Notes under the pieces: model-generated | Databases searched by the model: none | What the model was told of the DNA's origin: nothing | The model's input: the letters and a program-made list of their open reading frames with translations, nothing else | Source: Alphaproteobacteria bacterium | GTDB taxonomy: Bacteria; Pseudomonadota; Alphaproteobacteria; CAAHEQ01; UBA3637 | Direction of reading: 5' to 3' | DNA length: 64,000 bases | Assembly: GCA_017539265.1 (NCBI GenBank) | Contig: JAFYHG010000008.1 | Span: forward strand, 67,354-131,353 | Translations under genes and position numbers: made by a program | Shown here: positions 17,901-22,658 of the stretch, piece after piece | How the letters are laid out: every line of letters starts with the position of its first letter | Numbering within the stretch: the stretch's first letter is position 1

Positions 17901-20447
17901 ATGGCTATGGGAATAATTGACATTACCAATACAAGCGATAAAGATATTTATGGTATTTTAAATTTAGCAGATAATGAATATGATGACGGAGAAAACGGAA
18001 CAATCAATTCGGAAGGTGATGAAGGAACATCCATTGGTTACATTATCATTGATAATTCAGGTAATGGAGATGTTTATGGAATTAAAGCCATAAATCCGCA
18101 ATTTAATTCTGAATCCACAAAGCATGCCGAAAGCAAAGCATACATTAATATTAAAAATTCAGGATTGGGATCTGTTTATGGTATGTATGGCGAAGAAGAA
18201 GTATATAATGCGCGGGCAGGACATGACAGAGAGTATGGAGAGCTTAAAGATTATTCTTCTTCTACCGGTGTCATAAGTATAGATAGTTTTGATTCCAGCG
18301 ATGTTTATGGAATAAAGTCGACATCAGAAACAGCTTCCATATATAATGCAATGGCTTGGGATGCTGCAATGGCAAAAGGAACTATTCGTATTCATAATGT
18401 ACTTGATGGCGATGTCTATGGTATGAGTGGTAAATATATTCAATCTGCAGGAACAGCCACTAATAATGGAATCGCATTACCCAAAGCACCAAATGCCGAA
18501 AGTGTTATTAATATTATAAATCATTCATTGGGCGATAGTTATGGATTATATTCAGATATACAAGACAATATAATCAATCATAGTTCTTATACTAGAGATG
18601 ATGGAATAGCTAAATCTACCCTTGAAATGGCAAATATTGATAATGGTTTTGTTGTCGGTATTTACAGCAAGAACGGAACTGTAAATAACTCAGGGGATAT
18701 TAAAATTCATAACCTCTATAACGGAACTGCGGTTGGTATTTACGCTGATGGAACAACAAATGTTACAAACAGTGGAACCATCACAATCGATCGTGGAAAC
18801 TTTACAGATGATATGGGAACGGAAGATACATCAGACGATGTCACTTACACTTCTCGATCCACAACGGGCGGATTGGCAATCGGTATCTATGGCGGTGCGG
18901 GTAGCACGATTACCAATACCGGAACCATCAGCATCACCGGTGCAGATGATGCTTATGGTATTTACAGCGAAGGTGAAAGTGTTGTCAATAACGGACAAAT
19001 CATGATTGACGGCGTTTTGAAAAATGGGAATGAGGCAGTTGTGCTAAACGGCGGCCGGTTATTCCAAAATGGTAAACTTGTGGCCGCGGGCGGTGCTTCA
19101 TCGATAGAGTTAGGATTAGGAGGATCCACGACATCGGTATCCGAAACAGGTACCTCCACCGAAACACCTAAGGCTTCGTTGAACTTGAACGATTTCGGGG
19201 GTAGCGTTATTGCCTCCGAAACATCTGAATTCATTGTTGAAGGGGCTTTGTCCGGTGATTTAACCATGAACAACAGCGTGATTTCAAACGGTTTCCGGAC
19301 GGTTTATACGGTTCCTGATATGATATTGGCCGGCGATACCAGCGGATTGAACCTGATATCCGAATCGGCTTTGTTTGACGTTTCGTTGGCGGATAACGGA
19401 CACGATGTCGTGATGACAATGCGCGGCTTTGATGCGGCAACGGATAATCGCAGTTTTGCGAATTTCTTGGCCCGTAACTATGCCCTTAAAAACAATGAAG
19501 CGTTCTTTAATACCCTTAAAGAAATCGGGAATATGGCCACTCTGACGGATGGTTTGGATAAGATGATGGGTAAAGAGATGCTGAGTCGCTTTAACTTTGA
19601 AGACATGACGATGATGCGTGAACTCAATTTTGATATGAATAATCACTTATTCAACAATAAGGATTATTACTTCAGCATGGGCGGTTCAGTATCTTCACCG
19701 ATGGCCTTCCGCGGTGATAACGGATCCAACAGTCGGTATAGTCTGGCCAGTAAGAAGAAGGACTCTTGGTCACTGGGCCTTGGAATTGCCTTCACCGATA
19801 TTCGTAGCGATGATGACCATGACAATAACTCGCGTTCGGATACGATGTATCAGATGATTGTGCCTGTTGGGTATCAGGCAAATGGGTTCAAGTTTGTTAT
19901 GTCGCCTCGTATCGGATATGCACGCGGTCATTATGATCGGACCGGGTTCGATAATAAAAACTATGACGGAACGATTGAAAAGAGAATCTTTGGCTTAATG
20001 AACGAAGTCAGATACCCGATTGCTTTGGATAGTTGGCGGTTTGAACCGGCAATGGAATTCAATGCTTTAGGCTATGAACAAAAAGGTTGGGAAGACAAAA
20101 AAGAGTTCAGTTTGAATATCCCGCGGCAGAGAACATACTCTATTGAAAGCGGTATCGGTCTATATGCAACCCATGAAACCAAATGGGGTAAAGATACGCA
20201 ATTCAAATTTACAGCAGGTGTGGCAGCTTACCATGAATTTGCGGATCCTTACCGGATTGATGTGGGTATGGACGGCATGAACGGACGCTTTACTTTACGG
20301 GATGAAAAACGGTCGGATAACCGCGGTGTCGTTCGGGCCGGATTTGAAATCGAAAAGAAAGATTATTCTGTGTATGGCTCCTTTATCTCTTATGTGGATA
20401 AAGAAGTCCGCAGTAAGGCAAAGCTTGGATTTAAGTGGAAGTTCTAA
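5961..20447 (+). CDS. Giant (~4,828 aa) type Va autotransporter / surface adhesin-like protein with EGF-like modules, Cys-rich repeats and a beta-solenoid repeat passenger
   Basis: Uninterrupted ORF. Start placed at MKRFLCFALCLICILFGISAQA (signal peptide, good RBS) because the ORF-track ATG at 5901 overlaps the -35 box. The C-terminal ~260 aa show alternating hydrophobic strands and end in GFKWKF, with the terminal aromatic typical of OMP barrels. Upstream lies a helical linker region (NRSFANFLARNYALKNNEAFFNTLKE...), as in autotransporter domains. Confidence 0.85.
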   Translation: MKRFLCFALCLICILFGISAQAGISCAKGYINYNGACIKKLDCKNGGKQEGYSCTCPKGWTGELCQKAATCPYKDTKCSTGYHATGKTCKTGNKTVIQCAVNECKDYPHMKCPTGYTSTGTCQSGKTKRYKCDACAKGYIRYNGQCIKKLDCKNGGKQKGNSCTCPEGWTGSKCDKAASCPYKDTKCAKGYHETGKTCKTGKKTVKECKANACEGYTYTKCPTGYASTGSCQSGKTTKYKCDACAKGYIRYNGQCIKKLDCKNGGKQKGNSCTCPEGWTGKQCQTAASCSYKTTSCSSSQVETGNTCKSGNKTYIQCASSCPKGKVKQGKKCVPAPNCQNGGHANGLNCVCPDGWTGTLCEKPKTCPADYTQESCGEGYEQVGSSCKSGDKTYVACTEATCPYNTTSCTRGYEETGDTCLSGTTLYKKCREKSCAGYIMGSCPQNAEGCEICYQGEIETFTYTKCKDGWTGLTCNVPANCPYDTITCPEGYEETGETCQSGDNTYRKCKPTDCTAQGYKATCPEGYNSTQECLSGTTPYYTCTPKQVPAGYQSEPCGAGYNQVDTFLSGETTYYKCEAKQVPSGYQSASCGAGYDQVDTFLSGKTTYYKCQAKDCSAYQTGCSAGYTAEQSCLSGTTPYYTCVPKVCPDGYNTKGTSCSRGYVQAGDVCLSGEDTYVKCVPNTCPDTHNVLGSCGEGYVQVGEACYSEDRTYVACTEATCPYDTTSCTRGYEETGDTCLSGTTLYKKCREKSCAGYIMGSCPQNAEGCETCYQGEIETFTYTKCKDGWTGLTCNVPANCPFDTLTCEGGYEETGETCQSGDKTYKKCQPIDCSAQGYKTSCTEGYDAVQGCLSGTTPYYTCTPKQVPAEYQVAPCGSGYNQINTFLSGETTYYKCEAIQVPDGYQSASCGAGYDQVDTFLSGETTYYKCQETDCSAYQTACGAGYDATEACLSGTTPYYTCTEKEVPTGYGAEPCGTGYDLADTFLSGDKTYYKCVAKEVPARYQATPCGAGYDEISTFLSGTATYYECQEKDCSQYQAGCGEGYDAAQACLSGTTPYYTCTEKQVPDGYSSESCDDGYKQTGTFLSGTTTYYQCAPADVPNGYVATSCGAGYDQVDTFLSGETTYYKCQETDCSAYQTACGAGYDATEACLSGTTPYYTCTAKQVPAEYQADPCGAGYNTASTFLSGETTYYQCVAKQAPEGYQMPECAAGYDEVATFLSGDTVYHQCVAKQVPPEYNAEPCGAGYDQVGTFLSGETTYYKCQETDCSAYQTACGDGYDATEACLSGTTHYYTCTAKEVPAGYVAEPCGAGYNTTSTFLSGETTYYKCVANACDGYPYANACPTGYAPSSSCLSGDTTMYQCNTCAEGYISDGNGGCVLNVPQIGKTGETNNDTIEVENTGNDDVYGLHYDVPDKPQYHDVLTVVNARNSEAQISIENEGDGNVYGIHATGYADATNALGENAIGTINISNIGDGAVYGLYSEQKKAFNTEDNGSGSISITNEGDGNIYGIWGNDEAVNADDEGEGTIEISNTGDGNVFGVYAKADYASNSDGTGSISITNIGNGSVYGVWGKANDHPKGLIDAYNADDMGSNGTIEISNTGDGNVYGVWGNNGAANAGEDGTDGSIEISNTGSGNVYGVYANGWWALNAAGGLGNITLSNTGDGSTYGLYAKEFAHNGWDPAFASRWLTEDDGDGWLSVGHINIENNGTGTAYGAHGLEGAFNFANEKGTSSIEIANNGSGLAVGMYAPEVNNMGNIHIENYGNGTAIGLYTTQTAENTGNISIDNYKNGVAVGIMAQGEGDKTVTNAGTITIRGKQSLVEESEYLSRPQVWSNEDKFWDARETYEYFLANLVNFEQSYADIIGNSVWSEYWNSSGNWVVDAEDIIPERGIDEDQIYFEKNDHRVTIRDDEHRQNEVFWELANDLTFNSQQEGDILVRDIVDWDDVRFEDGKFAETPRLSDSVYYWTDSKGQNHATSAGEPNTSDYTYEDSEGTSHYLTIDGEGNLIIPTNLLSDSTATTNALNVLNEYNQDKENYTAALGILENDRGELEYAISDFNQSIDNLRETLNAVKEAYGRFVDNYYVAYDMAHEEWENDREGLAIGIYGDRNTHIVNTGKIVIDNSKWTFGIYTEGGDVTNRGQIIIDGDYLSKNAIVLNGGNLFQNGLIYTYSDWNNIQQKDSLIGKEGSVNNDVITLTNNIERDVYGIKGISYSVKNAFPMINGAEATGYINISNYSDGNVYGVSGDSPRNAHIDQNNTIATAHIQLDNIGNGNVYGLYSESGWAENIREDGVTTNVHSEIIINNKGNGVVCGVKGEGEGHNINIWADSMLNSDVNALINITNQGNGTVYGVYSSSRAFNIGGARVPMENSDISSIIRIHNDGDADIYGVYGHEVHNNEIFTTNPSRTGLAKVSISNTGAGNAYGLFGYNPDNMDQGNALSIVEMANIGNGLAVGMYAKREAKNSGTITIHNLGNGTAVGMLVDDNGKGSNSGTITIDREAYTDDMGTPDDTSDDVTYEATLGRGGMAIGIYGGVGSTITNTETGIINISGINKAYGIYSESGNVTNLGQIIINGNSNHANAIKLNSGKLFQDGKLIVAISSDDCDEGYALDENGNCVLKDENVYGKVSESNDSTLNVVNSKYADVYGLYGNGEVVNARDNDASISVTNTGDGNVYGVYSPDDKANNVTNDLTGTINISNAGNGNVYGVYSAESLAFNAGSGAGNIFISNVGTGDVYGVYGKEEAVNSDDFYTTGNIRISNTGSGNVYGLFSPEGWSGNAWDGTGNISLLNTGNGTTYGMYSGALAHNGWNFDFLSRWESEINAEDEDQDEGYGHISIVNNGNGNAYGMFGARGAFNHYNDEDISTIEIANIGNGLAVGMYSNEVNNLGDITIHNLGNGTAVGMMTGDFGIAENSGRITIDREAYTDNNGTPDDTSDDTTYSAASSGRGGMAFGIYGGKNSLIYNTGTIDIRDAEKAYGIYSEGGRVINEGSIIIDGDEFSANAIKLNAGQFFQNGILTATTDPNTCPVGYTRDEFGRCAYIMKNDFLNDDTLSVANTDDVNIYGLYYTVPNQQNSDSDTMVGVTNAKYSEAEISITNESEGNVYGVYASGYTDTSNSAGYPDGINDGKQRYLGVIDISNTGNGNVYGVYNAEHNAFNTESGLGRINITNAGNGDVYGIWGGNEAVNSDGDDSLANLRISNTGTGNVYGVFAQESWAGNAWNGIGNLSISNTGNGTTYGIRAGDVAHNGWDIAFASKWVPEEEITDDDYCLGVGHLKVVNNGNGNAYGVFGPEGAFNYTTDVGTSTIEIANVGSGLAVGMHSSEVNNMGDITIHNLGNGVAVGMMTGDFGIVENSGTITIDRVAYIDDNGTPDNTSDDVRYEAALTRGGTAIGIYGGAGSTITNTSTGVINISGAEKAYGIYSAGGQVVNNGQIIIDGILKGDEAITLAGGKLFQNGKLVVGSIPDNLQSRAHIVGKIGEKNNATITIENSDYVDVYGISSGVDAANASAEDDNENVAGTINITNTNNGNVYAVYSDQMEASNAEDGFGEIFVNNIGNGDVYGVYGNTEAANADEFETVGNIRISNAGSGNVYGVFAKGGWAGNAWAGAGNLSISNTGDGTTYGLYASQYAHNGWNYTFGQKWSIFDPDDIGSLGVGHIRIVNNGNGNAYGMQGVEGAFNFAHEKGASSIEIANVGSGLAVGMHSSEVNNMGDITIHNLGNGTAVGMLVNDNGVAENSGTITIDRVAYTDDNGTPDDTSDDTTYEAASEHGGRAIGIYGGKNSTITNTGIISITGADDAYGIYAEEGSTFTNSGQIIIDGDSNHANAIKLNGGKLFQNGKLIANADVEDITHPDTGSEIILKTLTEEDDGNNETIKAVVNSTSSIIGIEAQNSVSNIILDSGSMTATVDITQRGVGDVYGMRGNVSSSQDIKNVDLAGDSAMGAIKITDTSAGTGNIYGMYSNSNKQVENAHVDGENDSMAMGIIDITNTSDKDIYGILNLADNEYDDGENGTINSEGDEGTSIGYIIIDNSGNGDVYGIKAINPQFNSESTKHAESKAYINIKNSGLGSVYGMYGEEEVYNARAGHDREYGELKDYSSSTGVISIDSFDSSDVYGIKSTSETASIYNAMAWDAAMAKGTIRIHNVLDGDVYGMSGKYIQSAGTATNNGIALPKAPNAESVINIINHSLGDSYGLYSDIQDNIINHSSYTRDDGIAKSTLEMANIDNGFVVGIYSKNGTVNNSGDIKIHNLYNGTAVGIYADGTTNVTNSGTITIDRGNFTDDMGTEDTSDDVTYTSRSTTGGLAIGIYGGAGSTITNTGTISITGADDAYGIYSEGESVVNNGQIMIDGVLKNGNEAVVLNGGRLFQNGKLVAAGGASSIELGLGGSTTSVSETGTSTETPKASLNLNDFGGSVIASETSEFIVEGALSGDLTMNNSVISNGFRTVYTVPDMILAGDTSGLNLISESALFDVSLADNGHDVVMTMRGFDAATDNRSFANFLARNYALKNNEAFFNTLKEIGNMATLTDGLDKMMGKEMLSRFNFEDMTMMRELNFDMNNHLFNNKDYYFSMGGSVSSPMAFRGDNGSNSRYSLASKKKDSWSLGLGIAFTDIRSDDDHDNNSRSDTMYQMIVPVGYQANGFKFVMSPRIGYARGHYDRTGFDNKNYDGTIEKRIFGLMNEVRYPIALDSWRFEPAMEFNALGYEQKGWEDKKEFSLNIPRQRTYSIESGIGLYATHETKWGKDTQFKFTAGVAAYHEFADPYRIDVGMDGMNGRFTLRDEKRSDNRGVVRAGFEIEKKDYSVYGSFISYVDKEVRSKAKLGFKWKF
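6036..7040 (+). repeat. Four EGF-like six-cysteine modules; the first three lie in a 327-nt (109-aa) tandem triplication
   Basis: Modules at 6036-6155, 6363-6482, 6690-6809 and 6921-7040 share the spacing C-x10-C-x5-C-x10-C-x-C-x8-C, with CKNGGKQxGxSCTCPxGWTGxxC. Copies 1-3 start exactly 327 nt apart. Confidence 0.8.
7041..10094 (+). repeat. Array of ~36-aa Cys-rich repeats (C-G-x-G-Y ... L-S-G-x-T-x-Y-Y-x-C) with nested large duplications
   Basis: The units PCGAGYDQVDTFLSGETTYYKC and DCSAYQTACGAGYDATEACLSGTTPYYTC recur dozens of times. The block at 7138 repeats at 8095 (offset 957 nt). Segments 8688-8845 and 9288-9445 are near-identical at an offset of exactly 600 nt. A third copy lies near 9700-9840. 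Confidence 0.85.
10095..19085 (+). repeat. Six super-repeats (about 1.15-2.4 kb each) made of ~28-32-aa units with the core I-x-I-S-N-x-G-x-G-N-V-Y-G-[VIL]; predicted beta-solenoid passenger
   Basis: Each super-repeat ends with ...TITIDR-AYTDD-GTPDDTSDD-TYEA...GG-AIGIYGG...AYGIYSEGG-V-N-GQIIIDG...ANAIKLNGGKLFQNGKL. The end motifs lie near 12480, 13770, 15033, 16352, 17500 and 19085. Confidence 0.8.
19664..20444 (+). other. Predicted autotransporter beta-barrel translocator domain
   Basis: Amphipathic strand pattern (WSLGLGIAFTDI, YQMIVPVGYQ, FKFVMSPRIGYA, FGLMNEVRYPI, FEPAMEFNALGY, IESGIGLYAT, FKFTAGVAAYHEF, VRAGFEIEK, VYGSFISYV) and the terminal KLGFKWKF. Confidence 0.75.
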
Positions 20448-20465
20448 CCAACTTTTCCAAACAAA

Positions 20466-20485
20466 CCTCCCCCAAACGGGGGAGG
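20466..20485. terminator. Shared hairpin between convergent genes
   Basis: cctccccc-aaac-gggggagg 8-bp GC-rich stem. A T-rich tract follows on the minus strand (tttgtttgg), so it reads as a terminator at least for the minus-strand gene. Confidence 0.6.
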
Positions 20486-20521
20486 TAATAATTGTTGCTT
20501 TGATTACCTATCGCTATTTTC

Positions 20522-22411
20522 TTACTTTTTTGCACGATGAAATGCCAACACCATCATTGTGATATCATCGGATTGCGCGGCCCCTTTTACAAAGCGTTGG
20601 ATGGCCTTGCGCACCACTGCAATCGTCCCTTCAGGCGAAACTATCTTCTGGTTCAGTGCTTTTTGAAGTCTCTCCGGTCCAAATAATTTTTCTTTATCCG
20701 TTTGCGCTTCGGTTACCCCATCCGTATAGAGGAACAACCGCTCCCCGTTTTTCAATTTAAACTTTCCGCTTTCGTATTGATAGTTCGGTGTAATCCCCAA
20801 GACCAAATTCCGCACCACCGTCACATAGTCATATCCTTTTTTTGTCAACTGCAAAGGCGGACAGTGCCCCGCATTCACGTATTGTATTTCTCCCGTTTTA
20901 ACATCCAAAATACCGATAAAGGCCGTTACAAACATCCCTCGAACGTGGTTATCGCATAAACCTTTATTTGCCTTGTTTATAGCCTCTGCAATAGGATACC
21001 CCGCCTGTAACATATTCTTAATCATTGCCTTAGCCGACATCATATATAAGGCCGCCGTAATTCCTTTACCGGATACATCTGCCATAACAAAAGCATAGTA
21101 CCCTTCACCAACAGGAAAAAAGTCATAAAAATCCCCACCGACTTCCCGCGCCGGTGTCATTGAAGCCACCAACTCAAATCGTTCATTTTTAGGAAAGTCT
21201 GTCGGTAGAGCCGATGTTTGGATGGTATGAGCAATCGCCAATTCCGATTCTATTTTTTCTTTTTCGCCGGAAACTCGCGCCAATTCCAACAGATGCGTTT
21301 TGATATCCGTTTTCATCTTATTGAAGGCACCTGCCAATTGCGCCAACTCCGATGGCTCTGCCAGATGAATAGTTCTGTCTAAGTCCCCGCCACTAATTTT
21401 TTTGGCAATATCCGTCAATTCCGCAATCGGCTGATTGATATTGCGCCGTAAAACGCGATATAAAATCCCTACAATCACAAGTGCACTTATCAATAAAACA
21501 GTCAACAAGTTTCGTAAATGTTTCACAGCTTTTTGAAATAATTCCCACTGTGGCACATTTACAATCAAAAAGAATCCGTTATTCAACCGTTTTATATAAG
21601 GAATATATTTCTTTCCTTTATAGTCAAATGCCTCACCCTCTTTCAATTTATCGGAATACCATTTTGTTTCTTTTAATGATTTTCCCATAATGGTATTGTT
21701 ATCTACCCCGGGTTCGGTCGTTGCGATAATGCAATCATTTGTTTTATCAGCAAACAGAACAAAACTACCTTTTGTCGGTTTTATCTTTAAAATGGATTTT
21801 AAAATCGTATCCATTTCCCAATCCACCGTTGCCATACCGACTAAATTGCCTTGATTATAAATGCCGGCCCCAACCGTCGTCATCAAATTCCCCAATTGTG
21901 TGCTTCTATAGGGTCTTACCCAGGACACCCTCTTCTTGCGGTCGATGTTTTTCAAAATCTCACTATACCAATTCTGACCAAAGTAATCAAAAATCGCCTT
22001 AACGCAAGACGGCAATAATTCTATTTTTCCGTTGTCCCCCCAAACGGCATGTATGCAAAAAATCTTTTGGTCGTTGCTTATCTGGTACGGCAAAAAATAA
22101 ATACCGTTTCCCATGGAATTTGGGTAATTATGCAAAATTCCCTTAGCAAAAAATTCCCCAACATCCTGCTGTTTTCCCTTTTGATAATATATCTCCCCCA
22201 TTAAGGCCAAGTCCAAAGCATTCTTTTCCAGTTCAGCAATTTCGGCATTCATCTGCCCTTCAAAAGAGGTAATAGACACATTATTTGCCGCAATAATTTG
22301 CTCTTTATCCCGATAAAAGGCAATAACGGCAGAACTTATCACGACAAGTGCCAATACAAACAACAACGATATCGACACACCAACAATTTTAGATTTAATG
22401 CTTTTAAACAT
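20522..22411 (-). CDS. Membrane sensor: periplasmic Cache-like domain, HAMP, and PP2C/SpoIIE serine phosphatase (RsbU-like)
   Basis: N-terminal TM (IVGVSISLLFVLALVVISSAVIAF). About 270 aa of extracytoplasmic region. Second TM (LLTVLLISALVIVGILY). HAMP-like INQPIAELTDIAKKISGGDLD. PP2C motifs GGDFYDFF, ADVSGKGITAAL, LYTDGVTEA and SDDITMMVLAF. Confidence 0.8.
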   Translation of the reverse strand: MFKSIKSKIVGVSISLLFVLALVVISSAVIAFYRDKEQIIAANNVSITSFEGQMNAEIAELEKNALDLALMGEIYYQKGKQQDVGEFFAKGILHNYPNSMGNGIYFLPYQISNDQKIFCIHAVWGDNGKIELLPSCVKAIFDYFGQNWYSEILKNIDRKKRVSWVRPYRSTQLGNLMTTVGAGIYNQGNLVGMATVDWEMDTILKSILKIKPTKGSFVLFADKTNDCIIATTEPGVDNNTIMGKSLKETKWYSDKLKEGEAFDYKGKKYIPYIKRLNNGFFLIVNVPQWELFQKAVKHLRNLLTVLLISALVIVGILYRVLRRNINQPIAELTDIAKKISGGDLDRTIHLAEPSELAQLAGAFNKMKTDIKTHLLELARVSGEKEKIESELAIAHTIQTSALPTDFPKNERFELVASMTPAREVGGDFYDFFPVGEGYYAFVMADVSGKGITAALYMMSAKAMIKNMLQAGYPIAEAINKANKGLCDNHVRGMFVTAFIGILDVKTGEIQYVNAGHCPPLQLTKKGYDYVTVVRNLVLGITPNYQYESGKFKLKNGERLFLYTDGVTEAQTDKEKLFGPERLQKALNQKIVSPEGTIAVVRKAIQRFVKGAAQSDDITMMVLAFHRAKK

Positions 22412-22658
22412 AAATACCCCTTTTTCGGGGATTTTAACCTGTTTTTTTCCGCCCTGTCAAGATTTTTTACTTAAAAAATCATCATTTTTGGGTCTGATAT
22501 TAGGCCAATTTTAATAAAATTATAAAAAGTTTCCGAAAAAATTATACAAAAAATATAGTGACGCCCGTTTTGGGCTTCCTTTTCTGGTCGGCCCCCGCTT
22601 TATATGATATACTGACAGTGTAGCCAACAGGGCTATATAACAACAAAAGGAGAGAAAA

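Noticed and set aside
6036-19085. Whether the periodic near-identical repeats could be a CRISPR array or a diversity-generating retroelement target/template pair.
   Set aside because: The repeats are in frame within one ORF, have protein-level periodicity and lack unique spacers. Differences between near-identical copies are mostly synonymous transitions rather than adenine-specific. No reverse transcriptase or cas gene is present in the window.
22412-22658. Possible riboswitch or ncRNA in the 247-bp divergent intergenic region between the PP2C sensor and the PHP gene.
   Set aside because: I saw only A/T-rich promoter-like sequence and a trivial 5-bp hairpin (tagcc-aaca-gggcta region), with no conserved riboswitch core I could recognise.
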